Position numbers and translations under genes: made by a program. This document shows positions 8,502 to 18,455 of a stretch of 40,000 nt of DNA, piece after piece; position 1 is the first letter of the stretch, and every line of letters starts with the position of its first letter. The stretch lies in NCBI RefSeq assembly GCF_059553335.1, contig NZ_CM183924.1. The stretch is one strand, 5' to 3'. The notes beneath the pieces were generated by a model that was given only the letters and a program-made list of their open reading frames with translations, did not search any database and was not told the DNA's origin.

Positions 8502-9651
8502 TGAAATGGCGATTCATGTAGAACATGTCGGTGTATTAGAAAGAGCCAGAGAAGTTTCTCGCTTAGAGGACATTATCACAGAAGATAATGAAGATATTGA
8601 AGCTGAAATGCCTAAAATGGGAGATGATCCCGCCGGTAAAGAAGCTCGATTCTTACAAGCTACTGACGAGATGTCAGCAGCGTTAACGCAGTTTATGAAG
8701 AAAAAAATCTACGAAGAACAACTGGCCAACTTTCTGGACGGAGAAGAATATGTCCTGGAAGATCAGCCAATAGAAAAAACCGATAAAGTCATGGAGGCGC
8801 TTAAGGCAGCAACTACCCATGACTATGAAGTGTATAGCTTTGCTAAAAAATTATTTCCAGATGAAAGCGATCTGGTGGTTGTATTACGTGCAATTTTACG
8901 TAAAAAACAAATATCTGAAAATGTGCGGCTAAACGCTGAAGCATTACTTAAAAAAGTTAATCAAGAGACTACTAAAAAATTCATTAATAGTGGCATTAAC
9001 TCGGCATTAAAAGCAAAGTTATTTGGCCAGGCGTTGTCATTAAATCCAAAATTATTAAGGGCAAGTTATCGACAATTTTTAATGGCAGAAGACGATGCTG
9101 TAGATACTTATGTCGAATGGATTGGTAGTTATGGCTATCAAAATAGAATGCTGGTGACAAAATTTATCAAAGAGACGCTTTTCTCAGATATAAATGCACT
9201 TGATGCGAGCTGTTCATCATTGGAATTTGGTATGTTTCTCAATAAGTTGTCACAACTATTGTCTCTTCAGTCAGCAGAGGCTTTATTTCTGAAAACTTTA
9301 ATGAATAACCCAATAATTAATAAATTTATTAGCGCAGAAGATTATTGGATATTTTTTCTGATATCGTTAATAAAATTTCCTGAGACTGCAGAGGAACTCC
9401 TGAAAAATGCACTGGTAACTCTACCCGCAGATGCTAATTATAAAGACAAAACGTTACTCCTGAAGGCGATTTACAGCGGATGTACAAATCTTCCATTTTC
9501 ACTTTTTATTAATAATGAACAATTATTAGAGATTAGGGAGTGTTGTAAACAGGCAATAAAAGTAACATTTGCAGCAGAACTCTTTGATACACAAAACAGT
9601 AATAAAAAACAAAATAAAAAACCATGGAAGAAGGTAATGTTCAATGTTTAA
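8482..9651 (+). CDS. eivE: T3SS gatekeeper (SctW/InvE-like)
   Basis: Syntenic position between secretin and SctV. Sequence features are InvE-like. A likely start is ATG 8505 (MAIHVEHVGVL). Confidence 0.88.
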   Translation: MKSSEDSEMAIHVEHVGVLERAREVSRLEDIITEDNEDIEAEMPKMGDDPAGKEARFLQATDEMSAALTQFMKKKIYEEQLANFLDGEEYVLEDQPIEKTDKVMEALKAATTHDYEVYSFAKKLFPDESDLVVVLRAILRKKQISENVRLNAEALLKKVNQETTKKFINSGINSALKAKLFGQALSLNPKLLRASYRQFLMAEDDAVDTYVEWIGSYGYQNRMLVTKFIKETLFSDINALDASCSSLEFGMFLNKLSQLLSLQSAEALFLKTLMNNPIINKFISAEDYWIFFLISLIKFPETAEELLKNALVTLPADANYKDKTLLLKAIYSGCTNLPFSLFINNEQLLEIRECCKQAIKVTFAAELFDTQNSNKKQNKKPWKKVMFNV

Positions 9652-11704
9652 CAAAGTTTTGATAGGGTTAAGGAGTCATCCAGAATTAATAATTCTTGGA
9701 TTAATGGTGATGATTATCGCCATGCTCATAATTCCATTGCCCACCTACTTAATCGATTTTTTGATTGGGCTGAACTTAACATTGGCAATACTTGTGTTTT
9801 TAGGATCATTCTATGTTGATAGGATTTTAAGTTTTTCTTCATTCCCATCAATTCTTCTCATCACAACGTTATTTCGTTTGGCGCTGGCGATCAGTACCAG
9901 CCGACTTATACTTCTTGAGGCGGACGCCGGAGAAATTATAACGAGTTTTGGTGAATTCGTTATTGGAGATAGCCTGGTAGTTGGTTTTGTTATTTTCTCC
10001 ATTGTTACTATTGTTCAGTTTATCGTGATTACTAAAGGTTCGGAACGTGTGGCTGAAGTTGCTGCCCGCTTTTCGCTTGACGGTATGCCAGGTAAACAAA
10101 TGAGTATTGACGCCGATTTACGCGCCGGGATCATTGATGCAGATTTAGCAAAAGAACGTCGTAGCGTATTAGAACGAGAGAGTCAGCTGTATGGTTCCTT
10201 TGATGGTGCGATGAAATTTATCAAAGGTGATGCTATTGCAAACATTATTATTATCTTTGTTAATATTATCGGTGGGCTATCAGTAGGAGTAGGCCAAAAT
10301 GGAATGGATTTCTCGACAGCGTTGACCGTCTACACAATTCTTACCGTCGGTGATGGTCTTGTTTCTCAAATTCCAGCTTTATTAATTGCTATTAGCGCAG
10401 GGTTTATCGTAACGCGCGTGAATGGCGATAGTGATAATATGGGGCAAAATATAATGTCCCAGTTATTAAGTAATTCTTTTGTCATTATTGTGACATGTGT
10501 CCTCGCGCTAAGTATTGGGTTGCTTCCAGGTTTTCCCCTTCTTGTGTTTTTATGTTTAGCAGTAATCTTAGGAATTTATTTTTACTTTAAATTCAAAAAG
10601 AAAGGGGTTGAAGAAACGGTTGTTGAGGGAGATATCACCGTTGGGTTGGAACCCTATAATCAGGATGATGATATTTCATTAGGTATTATTAATAAACTTG
10701 ATCAGGTTATTACCGAAACGGTACCCTTGGTTTTGATTATGAATAGTGTACAGGCTAAAAAATACACTGAAATCAATCTTGCTGATAGGATTCGTAGTCA
10801 GTTTTTTATTGAGTATGGTATCCGTATTCCCGGTATTGTCATTCGCGAGGGGGAAGGCCTTAATGATGAAGATGTCATATTAATGCTAAATGAAGTCAGA
10901 GCCTCGCAATTTAAAATTTATCATGATCTTGTCTTGTTGGTTGAATATTCAGATGAAGTGGTTTCGACTTTGATCAAGAAACCTGTCATCGTAAATAGTA
11001 ATGGTGAACAATATTATTGGGTTACAAAAAGTGATGCCCAAAAATTAACAAAAATTGGCTGTTATACTCGCACGGCCATGGATGAAATGTACAATCATTT
11101 ATCTGTATGTCTGGCGCATAATATTAATGAGTATTTTGGTATACAAGAAACCAAATATATTCTTGATCAATTAGAGATGAAGTATCCTGATCTATTAAAA
11201 GAAATATTAAGATATATAACCGTGCAGCGCATTTCAGAGGTAATTCAGCGTCTGATCCAGGAGCGAATTTCAGTGCGCAATATGCGTTTAGTTATGGAGG
11301 CTTTAGCATTATGGAGCCCACGAGAGAAAGATATAATTACACTCGTCGAGCATGTACGAGGTGCATTAGGTCGCTACATTTGCCATAAGTTTTCATATTC
11401 TGGAGAAATTAAAGCAATTGTGATTTCGCCTGAAATAGAGGACAGAATCAGAGATGGTGTCAGGCCTACCGCTGGCGGTACTTTTCTTAATCTCGATGCA
11501 TCCGAAGCTGAGATGATTCTGGATAATTTTAAACTGGCACTTTCTGGAATCAATATTCCTATTAAAGACATTATTTTACTGGGATCTGTGGATATTCGTC
11601 GTTTTATCAAAAAACTTATTGAATCTAGTTATCGAGACCTCGAAGTACTTTCGTACGGGGAACTAACGGAAAATGTTCCCGTTAATATTCTGAAAACTAT
11701 TTAG
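9644..11704 (+). CDS. eivA: T3SS export gate (SctV/InvA, FlhA/LcrD family)
   Basis: FHIPEP-like family protein: multiple N-terminal TM helices, [78 protein letters not shown]. Confidence 0.95.
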   Translation: MFNKVLIGLRSHPELIILGLMVMIIAMLIIPLPTYLIDFLIGLNLTLAILVFLGSFYVDRILSFSSFPSILLITTLFRLALAISTSRLILLEADAGEIITSFGEFVIGDSLVVGFVIFSIVTIVQFIVITKGSERVAEVAARFSLDGMPGKQMSIDADLRAGIIDADLAKERRSVLERESQLYGSFDGAMKFIKGDAIANIIIIFVNIIGGLSVGVGQNGMDFSTALTVYTILTVGDGLVSQIPALLIAISAGFIVTRVNGDSDNMGQNIMSQLLSNSFVIIVTCVLALSIGLLPGFPLLVFLCLAVILGIYFYFKFKKKGVEETVVEGDITVGLEPYNQDDDISLGIINKLDQVITETVPLVLIMNSVQAKKYTEINLADRIRSQFFIEYGIRIPGIVIREGEGLNDEDVILMLNEVRASQFKIYHDLVLLVEYSDEVVSTLIKKPVIVNSNGEQYYWVTKSDAQKLTKIGCYTRTAMDEMYNHLSVCLAHNINEYFGIQETKYILDQLEMKYPDLLKEILRYITVQRISEVIQRLIQERISVRNMRLVMEALALWSPREKDIITLVEHVRGALGRYICHKFSYSGEIKAIVISPEIEDRIRDGVRPTAGGTFLNLDASEAEMILDNFKLALSGINIPIKDIILLGSVDIRRFIKKLIESSYRDLEVLSYGELTENVPVNILKTI

Positions 11705-11708
11705 GATA

Positions 11709-13028
11709 ATGTCTTGCGATATGGAGCATGCTGGTATGAAAAAATTAAAACTATTAAATAAATACAGCTACTTACATAGCATAAACGGCTCGCTGATTGA
11801 AGCAGAGCTTGACGACGTTTCAGTGGGCGAAGTATGCGAAATTTATGCGAGCTGGCAAGCAAATGAACGTATAGCCAGGGCTCAGGTCGTTGGCTTTCGC
11901 AATGGAAAGACATTATTAAACCTTATAGGCAGCTCTGTGGGGCTTACACGTACTGCAGTTTTGAAACCAACGGGAGAGCAGTTAACCATACAGATCAGTG
12001 ATGCCTTTCTTGGTTCAGTTTTGAATGCTTCTGGTCAAATTATGGAAAGGTTTGTCCCGGACACTCCAGGCGATAGGGGAAATTTACGCCTGATTGATGA
12101 ACTGCCACCGTCGTATCAGGAGCGTCGAGTTATTAATACACCACTAGAGACACGGATAAGAGTCATTGATGGCGTACTGACATGTGGCATTGGTCAACGT
12201 GTTGGGATTTTCGCATCGGCTGGCTGTGGCAAAACGGTTTTAATGCATATGCTTGTAAACAACACTGAAGCTGATGTGTTTGTTATTGGCTTGATTGGCG
12301 AACGTGGTAGGGAAGTTACGGAATGCGCGGAATCGCTGAAAAAATCAGTAAATGCAGCAAAATGTGTTTTGGTTTATGCCACCTCTGATTTTTCGTCAGT
12401 AGATCGGTGCAATGCCGCCCTGATGGCGACAACCGTGGCAGAGTATTTTAGAGATCGAGGAAAGAGAGTTGTACTTTTTATCGACTCAATGACGCGATAT
12501 GCACGAGCACTACGCGATATGAAGCTGGCAGCGGGTGAACCACCTGCCAGACGTGGTTATCCTGCTTCTGTTTTTGACAGTTTACCTCGCTTACTGGAGA
12601 GGCCGGGACCAACACTAAAAGGAAGTATTACTGCGTTTTATACCGTATTACTGGAGGGGGAGGATGAATCAGACCCACTGGGTGATGAAATTCGCTCAAT
12701 CCTTGATGGCCATATCTATCTAAGTCGCAAACTCGCTGGGCAAGGTCATTATCCGGCAATAGATGTACTAAAAAGTGTGAGTCGAGTATTTGGTCAGGTC
12801 ACTGATGAAAAACACAGAGATAATGCTGCGCGGGTAAGGAAGATCCTCACAACTTTGGAAGATCTACAGGTGTTTATTGATTTAGGGGAATATCGCGCTG
12901 GGCAAAATGCTGAAAATGATTTTGCTATGAATGCACGGCCTAAACTCACAAATTGGTTGAAACAGTCAGTTAATGAAAAAATGCCAATGAGTGAAACGCT
13001 AAAAGAGCTTGAACGAATTGTTAAGTAA
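11709..13028 (+). CDS. eivC: T3SS ATPase (SctN/InvC-like)
   Basis: Walker [85 protein letters not shown]. Confidence 0.95.
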   Translation: MSCDMEHAGMKKLKLLNKYSYLHSINGSLIEAELDDVSVGEVCEIYASWQANERIARAQVVGFRNGKTLLNLIGSSVGLTRTAVLKPTGEQLTIQISDAFLGSVLNASGQIMERFVPDTPGDRGNLRLIDELPPSYQERRVINTPLETRIRVIDGVLTCGIGQRVGIFASAGCGKTVLMHMLVNNTEADVFVIGLIGERGREVTECAESLKKSVNAAKCVLVYATSDFSSVDRCNAALMATTVAEYFRDRGKRVVLFIDSMTRYARALRDMKLAAGEPPARRGYPASVFDSLPRLLERPGPTLKGSITAFYTVLLEGEDESDPLGDEIRSILDGHIYLSRKLAGQGHYPAIDVLKSVSRVFGQVTDEKHRDNAARVRKILTTLEDLQVFIDLGEYRAGQNAENDFAMNARPKLTNWLKQSVNEKMPMSETLKELERIVK

Positions 13029-13476
13029 AGTTAATCGACTTATCAGAAGAACAGCGCAGAGCCTGGCTGCATGTGAAGCATCATTACAAAAGTTAAATGC
13101 AGAAAAAGAAAAGTTAGCCGAAAAGGAACGCCTGTATGATATGCAACTTAAAAACCTACAGTCACTGTTAGATATGAAAGAGTTACTCGGCGAAGTTGTA
13201 TTTCGACAGGATATATTTTACTCGTTACGTAAAGTTGCAGTCATTCAGCAGCAGATCGCTGAGATAAATCTTGAAAAGCAAAAAATAGCAGAGCGGCGAA
13301 AAATACTTAACAAGGAAATAGTTCAACAGCAAGCACAAAGAAAACACTGGTGGCTAAAAGGAGAAAAGTACGATCGACTAAAGAAGCGCATCAAAAAACA
13401 ACTTTTAAATCAGATGCTTTATCAAGACGAGCTTGAACAGGAGGAGAAATATAATGGACGAAGTCAAGAAAATTGA
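13009..13476 (+). CDS. eivI: T3SS stalk protein (SctO/InvI-SpaM-like)
   Basis: Coiled-coil, K/E/Q-rich 155-aa protein between the ATPase and the needle-length protein, with an InvI-like C-terminal pattern. Confidence 0.85.
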   Translation: MNELLSKVNRLIRRTAQSLAACEASLQKLNAEKEKLAEKERLYDMQLKNLQSLLDMKELLGEVVFRQDIFYSLRKVAVIQQQIAEINLEKQKIAERRKILNKEIVQQQAQRKHWWLKGEKYDRLKKRIKKQLLNQMLYQDELEQEEKYNGRSQEN

Positions 13477-14329
13477 ACACTGTAAAATTTTAAACACAGA
13501 CACACCCGATAATTCTGCTTCAGATTTAGACAGTTTCTTAAAGAAAAACAAAAAAAATAAAGAAATGAGTGAGATTGTGGCTGGAACCATTCTCCAGTTA
13601 TTACGTCAGACTCAGGATAGCCAATTTTCTACGTTGGGGAAAAAAAATGGGCACATGGAGTCTATTGACAACAAATCATCTCTCCAGGTTGACAGGAATC
13701 CATCTCTTTCTTTGCAAACAAATGGAACAGAGAAATTTTCTACAAAGAAAATTCTCAATATGACTTCACGAGATCAGGGGAATGATTCTGAACCATCTAA
13801 TAAAACGATACAATTTAAGGAAAAAATCCATAATGGTATCCATACAGAATACATCACAGATCAAAAACACAGTAATAATAAAGATCGTGAAAAAAAATAC
13901 CGCGATGGAGACAAAATAAATGGACCGCAGGCCCATTCATTAGACATTACTAACGAAAGAAGGTTTGCTGATAACAGAACCATGTTTACTCAACATATCG
14001 AAAAGCAAAGGAATGTTCATACGCTCAATCAGAATGATATAAATAATTCTGCTAATAATGCCAATGCGCGCGAAAATGAATTGACATATCAGTTTCAGCG
14101 TTGGGGACAAAATCATACAGTCCGGATTCTGGAAAGTAGTGAAGGGATACGACTAAAACCATCAGACACACTTGTCTCCGACAGACTCCATGAAGCCCAA
14201 CACAATGATGTTACAGCACAACGCTGGGTATTGACTGAGCAAGATGAACGACAAGGGCAACGACATCAGCCTCATGATGAGCAAGAAAATGAAGGTAAAT
14301 TCGAAAACGATCAGAAGGACGAAAGTTAA
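13454..14329 (+). CDS. eivJ: T3SS needle-length regulator (SctP/InvJ-SpaN-like)
   Basis: ORF 13433..14329. The SD-supported start is ATG 13454 (GAGGAG upstream). Hydrophilic, low-complexity Asn/Gln-rich protein at the invJ position. Confidence 0.8.
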   Translation: MDEVKKIEHCKILNTDTPDNSASDLDSFLKKNKKNKEMSEIVAGTILQLLRQTQDSQFSTLGKKNGHMESIDNKSSLQVDRNPSLSLQTNGTEKFSTKKILNMTSRDQGNDSEPSNKTIQFKEKIHNGIHTEYITDQKHSNNKDREKKYRDGDKINGPQAHSLDITNERRFADNRTMFTQHIEKQRNVHTLNQNDINNSANNANARENELTYQFQRWGQNHTVRILESSEGIRLKPSDTLVSDRLHEAQHNDVTAQRWVLTEQDERQGQRHQPHDEQENEGKFENDQKDES

Positions 14330-15276
14330 TGTTCGGTCTGAGAAAAGTAAATGGAAACACTCATTCCTTTGAAACCACTTTTCAAAATTGGAAAGAAAAG
14401 GGCGAAGATGTTGCGTTATTAATGCCCGAATTTAGCGCCAAATGGCTACCGATAGCAGAAGAGAGCGGCAGCTGGTCTGGATGGGTGTTACTTCGAGAGT
14501 TATTTCCCTTAATTTCTGCCGAGCTCGCTGGGATGGCTTTAATGCCAGAAACGGAAAGGTTAATAGGGGAATGGCTCAGTTTATCTAGTACCCCGTTAAA
14601 TCTAAAGTATCCTGAACTAAAATATAATCGTTTGTGTGTCGGTAAAGTATTTGATGGAGTATTGAGTCCAGCTCAACCACTGATAAGAATATGGACAGGG
14701 GAATTAAATATTTGGTTAGATAAAGTCACAGTCTGCCAATACGAAAACGCTCCAACGCTAGACAAAAAATCATTATATTGGCCCATTCATTTTGTAATTG
14801 GATTTAGTAAAACATGTTATAGAACCATTGTTGATATTGAAGTTGGTGATGTTTTATTAATTTCAAATAATTTTGCTTATGCGGTTATTTATAATACAAA
14901 GATTTGTGATTTAATTTATCCAGAGGAGTTAAAAATGGTTGATCATTTTGAGTACGAGGAAGATTTTGAAACAGATGACTTTGATATCAAAAAAAGCGAA
15001 ATCGAGATTAATGATGAAAATGACTATCAGCAGATTAATAGTTTTGAAGACCTGCCTGTAAAAATTGAGTTTGTTCTTGGTAAGAAAATAATGAATCTAT
15101 ATGAAATAGACGATCTCTGTGCAAAAAGAATTATATCTTTGCTTCCTGAAGCGGAGAAAAATATAGAGATACGTGTAAATGGCGCGCTAACTGGCTATGG
15201 CGAACTTGTTGAAGTGGATGATAAATTGGGCGTAGAAATTCATTCTTGGTTATCAGGGAATAATAATGTCAAATAG
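14329..15276 (+). CDS. epaO: T3SS cytoplasmic ring/sorting platform protein (SctQ/SpaO-like)
   Basis: Synteny, plus a C-terminal SpoA/FliN-type domain (LPVKIEFVLGKKIMNLYEIDDLCAKRIISLLPEAEKNIEIRVNGALTGYGELVEVDDKLGVEIHSW). Confidence 0.88.
   Translation: MFGLRKVNGNTHSFETTFQNWKEKGEDVALLMPEFSAKWLPIAEESGSWSGWVLLRELFPLISAELAGMALMPETERLIGEWLSLSSTPLNLKYPELKYNRLCVGKVFDGVLSPAQPLIRIWTGELNIWLDKVTVCQYENAPTLDKKSLYWPIHFVIGFSKTCYRTIVDIEVGDVLLISNNFAYAVIYNTKICDLIYPEELKMVDHFEYEEDFETDDFDIKKSEIEINDENDYQQINSFEDLPVKIEFVLGKKIMNLYEIDDLCAKRIISLLPEAEKNIEIRVNGALTGYGELVEVDDKLGVEIHSWLSGNNNVK
14935..15276 (+). CDS. Predicted internally initiated SctQ C-terminal isoform (113 aa)
   Basis: In-frame ATG at codon 203 of epaO, preceded by a strong SD GAGGAG (14923-14928) with 6-nt spacing. 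It encodes the SpoA-type C-terminal domain. Confidence 0.6.
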   Translation: MVDHFEYEEDFETDDFDIKKSEIEINDENDYQQINSFEDLPVKIEFVLGKKIMNLYEIDDLCAKRIISLLPEAEKNIEIRVNGALTGYGELVEVDDKLGVEIHSWLSGNNNVK

Positions 15277-15931
15277 CATTTCGCTGATAGCGATATTATC
15301 ATTATTCACACTATTACCGTTTATAATAGCATCCGGGACATGTTTTATTAAATTCTCGATTGTTTTTGTTATTGTCCGAAACGCTTTGGGACTTCAGCAA
15401 GTGCCATCAAATATGACACTTAATGGGGTAGCTTTGCTATTGTCAATGTTCGTAATGATGCCGGTTGGGAAGGAAATATATAATAACAGTCAGAATGAGA
15501 ATCTTTCATTCAATAATGTTGCGTCGGTTGTTAATTTTGTTGAGACAGGCATGAGTGGTTATAAATCATATTTGATAAAATATTCTGAACCGGAGTTGGT
15601 TAGCTTTTTTGAAAAGATTCAGAAGGTGAATAGTTCTGAAGACAATGAAGAGATAATCGATGATGATAATATTTCAATTTTCTCGTTACTCCCGGCATAT
15701 GCGTTGAGTGAGATAAAAAGTGCATTTATTATAGGTTTTTATATTTATTTACCCTTTGTTGTAGTTGATCTGGTTATATCCAGCGTTCTGTTAACGTTAG
15801 GTATGATGATGATGAGTCCGGTAACCATATCTACACCGATAAAATTAATTCTGTTTGTCGCGATGGACGGTTGGACAATGTTATCGAAAGGACTCATTTT
15901 ACAATATTTTGACCTATCCATTAATCCCTGA
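15266..15931 (+). CDS. epaP: T3SS export apparatus protein (SctR/SpaP-like)
   Basis: FliP/SctR family: [43 protein letters not shown]-type core (here [26 protein letters not shown]) and a C-terminal [38 protein letters not shown]. Confidence 0.95.
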   Translation: [221 protein letters not shown]

Positions 15932-15940
15932 GGAAAAAAT

Positions 15941-16201
15941 ATGGACGACATTGTTTTTGCGGGGAATAGGGCGCTGTATCTGATTTTAGTTATGTCTGCA
16001 GGACCTATTGCAGTTGCGACATTTGTTGGTTTATTGGTAGGGCTTTTTCAAACGGTAACACAGTTGCAAGAACAGACGTTGCCATTTGGCGTCAAATTAT
16101 TGTGCGTAAGTATTTGCTTTTTTTTAATGAGCGGATGGTATGGTGAAAAATTATATTCGTTTGGTATCGAAATGCTGAATTTAGCATTCGCGAGAGGATA
16201 G
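15941..16201 (+). CDS. epaQ: T3SS export apparatus protein (SctS/SpaQ-like)
   Basis: 86-aa, two-TM FliQ/SctS family protein ([27 protein letters not shown]). Confidence 0.95.
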   Translation: MDDIVFAGNRALYLILVMSAGPIAVATFVGLLVGLFQTVTQLQEQTLPFGVKLLCVSICFFLMSGWYGEKLYSFGIEMLNLAFARG

Positions 16202-16202
16202 C

Positions 16203-16970
16203 ATGGGGGAGGCGATGCTCTATCAGTTGCATAGTCTGCTGGCTGCTACAGCGCTCGGTTTTTGCCGATTGGCACCAACTTTCTATTTGTTACCATTTTT
16301 CGCCAGTGGGAATATACCAACAGTAGTCCGTCATCCAATAATAATAGTGGTATCATGTGCATTAGTTCAGCATTACCACTATGAATTATCTACCCTAAAT
16401 GAAATAGATATCGCTTTGTTTGCTGCCAGAGAAATTATCATAGGGTTGTTTATTGCTTGCTTATTAGCATCCCCATTTTGGATTTTCCTTGCTATAGGCA
16501 GCTTTATCGATAACCAACGTGGTGCAACGTTAAGTAGTACTTTGGATCCGGCTACAGGTGTCGATACATCGGAATTAGCAAGATTATTTAACCTTTTCTC
16601 TGCAGCAGTTTATCTTACTAACGGTGGATTGAACTTTATTCTGGAGACTCTATGGCAAAGTTATAACTTATGGCCTTCAGGAAATTTTAATTTTCCTAAA
16701 TTAGAGCCTTTATTCTCATATATTAATAATATAATGACTCATACTATCGTTTACGCAAGCCCCGTGATTGCGGTTATGCTGGGCGGTGAAGCTGTCCTGG
16801 GATTGCTGGCACGTTATGCTTCACAACTAAATGCTTTTGCCATCTCACTGACTGTCAAAAGTGCGCTGGCATTTTTAATATTAATTATTTATTTTGGCCC
16901 AATACTGGCTGAACGAGTTATGCCGTTATCCTTTTTCCCAGAACAATTGCAATTATACATTGATAAATAG
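16203..16970 (+). CDS. epaR: T3SS export apparatus protein (SctT/SpaR-like)
   Basis: FliR/SctT family multi-TM protein, uninterrupted at 255 aa. Confidence 0.93.
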   Translation: MGEAMLYQLHSLLAATALGFCRLAPTFYLLPFFASGNIPTVVRHPIIIVVSCALVQHYHYELSTLNEIDIALFAAREIIIGLFIACLLASPFWIFLAIGSFIDNQRGATLSSTLDPATGVDTSELARLFNLFSAAVYLTNGGLNFILETLWQSYNLWPSGNFNFPKLEPLFSYINNIMTHTIVYASPVIAVMLGGEAVLGLLARYASQLNAFAISLTVKSALAFLILIIYFGPILAERVMPLSFFPEQLQLYIDK

Positions 16971-16978
16971 AGTGTTTC

Positions 16979-18091
16979 ATGGCAAATAAAACTGAAAAGC
17001 CAACACAAAAGAAACTCCAGGATGCTTCTAAAAAAGGTCAAATTCTAAAAAGTAGAGACTTAACAGTCTCTGTAATAATGCTTGTGGGTACTTTATATCT
17101 CGGATATGTATTTGATGTGCATCACATTATGTCGATTCTTGAATACATCCTTGATCATAACGCTAAACCGGATATTTGGGACTATTTTAAAGCTATGGGG
17201 ATAGGTTGGTTGAAAACGATCATTCCTTTTTTGCTGGTTTGTATGTTTACAACAATACTTGTTTCATGGTTTCAAAGTAAAATGCAATTAGCAACTGAAG
17301 CTATTAAGTTTAAGTTTGATTCATTAAATCCAGTAAATGGCTTAAAACGTATATTTGGCTTAAAAACCGTAAAAGAATTTGTTAAAGCAATACTTTATAT
17401 TATTTTTTTTGCATTGGCGATCAAATTATTTTGGAGTAACCATAAATCACTGCTTTTTAAAACTCTTGATGGAGATATCATTTCTTTATTATCAGATTGG
17501 GGAGAGATGCTGTTCCTTCTCATACTATATTGTCTCGGCAGTATGATAATTGTTCTAATATTTGATTTTATCGCTGAGTATTTTTTATTTATGAAAGATA
17601 TGAAAATGGATAAACAAGAAGTTAAAAGAGAATACAAGGAACAAGAAGGAAATCCAGAAATTAAGTCTAAACGCAGAGAACGCCATCAAGAAATTCTGTC
17701 AGAGCAATTGAAATCTGATGTCAGTAATAGCCGTCTGATGATTGCCAACCCTACGCACATTGCCATAGGGATATACTTTAAGCCACATCTTTCACCTATA
17801 CCATTGATTTCTGTGAGAGAAACTAATGAGGTAGCATTAGCCGTAAGGAAATATGCAAAGGAAATCGGAATACCAATTATTACAGATAAAAAATTAGCAC
17901 GAAAAATTTATGCTACCCATCGTCGCTACGATTATGTTAGCTTCGAAAATATAGATGAGATCTTGCGTCTTCTGCTGTGGCTTGAAGATGTGGAGAATGC
18001 TGGACAACCTGTTCCAGATGAACTGCTCCCCTCAGAAGATAAATTCAAAGAAGGTGAAGACACAAAAAGCGAGAATAAAGACAATAATTAA
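16979..18091 (+). CDS. epaS: T3SS switch/autoprotease (SctU/SpaS-like)
   Basis: FlhB family, with KTEKPTQKKLQDASKKGQILKSRD at the N terminus and the autocleavage motif NPTH (N257-H260, nt 17747-17758) intact. Confidence 0.95.
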   Translation: MANKTEKPTQKKLQDASKKGQILKSRDLTVSVIMLVGTLYLGYVFDVHHIMSILEYILDHNAKPDIWDYFKAMGIGWLKTIIPFLLVCMFTTILVSWFQSKMQLATEAIKFKFDSLNPVNGLKRIFGLKTVKEFVKAILYIIFFALAIKLFWSNHKSLLFKTLDGDIISLLSDWGEMLFLLILYCLGSMIIVLIFDFIAEYFLFMKDMKMDKQEVKREYKEQEGNPEIKSKRRERHQEILSEQLKSDVSNSRLMIANPTHIAIGIYFKPHLSPIPLISVRETNEVALAVRKYAKEIGIPIITDKKLARKIYATHRRYDYVSFENIDEILRLLLWLEDVENAGQPVPDELLPSEDKFKEGEDTKSENKDNN

Positions 18092-18123
18092 AAAAATTAA
18101 ACATCTATCATAGTCGGAAATTT

Positions 18124-18160
18124 ATAAGAATCTACACGCAAAAAGCGTGTAGATTCTTAT
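18124..18160. terminator. Bidirectional terminator between convergent epaS and pilotin gene
   Basis: Perfect 16-bp stem ATAAGAATCTACACGC / GCGTGTAGATTCTTAT around an AAAAA loop. Confidence 0.7.
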
Positions 18161-18454
18161 TTAATGTGTTAAACGATCTTGCGAAATGACAAGCAATTGA
18201 TACATACTCATCTCTTTATAAGCTGGAACAGTAGTAACCTGCGCAAATTCGCGATATAGCTTCTGCTCTAGTTCTGCTGATGATATATATTCCGGGTGTT
18301 CGCTAAAGAACTGTCTTGCATCTACTATCGCTTGAGATTCGCCACTTCTTTTATTCTGAGTATCCTTTAATGAATTTTCTCTGGTGCATGCAGAGAGCAA
18401 CGATATCAGCGCTACAGTTATTATGATTTTACTATTATATCTCACTAATGACAT
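18161..18454 (-). CDS. InvH-like T3SS pilotin lipoprotein (SctG-like)
   Basis: 97 aa with lipobox LLSAC. The C terminus ARQFFSEHPEYISSAELEQKLYREFAQVTTVPAYKEMSMYQLLVISQDRL resembles the recalled Salmonella InvH C terminus (ALTFFQEHPQYMRSKEDEEQLMTEFKKVLLEPGSKNLSIYQTLLAAHERL). Confidence 0.8.
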   Translation of the reverse strand: MSLVRYNSKIIITVALISLLSACTRENSLKDTQNKRSGESQAIVDARQFFSEHPEYISSAELEQKLYREFAQVTTVPAYKEMSMYQLLVISQDRLTH

Positions 18455-18455
18455 A

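Noticed and set aside
16203-16970. Possible epaR split/frameshift as seen in some other ETT2 loci
   Set aside because: The ORF is continuous at 255 aa with full SctT-like length in this window.
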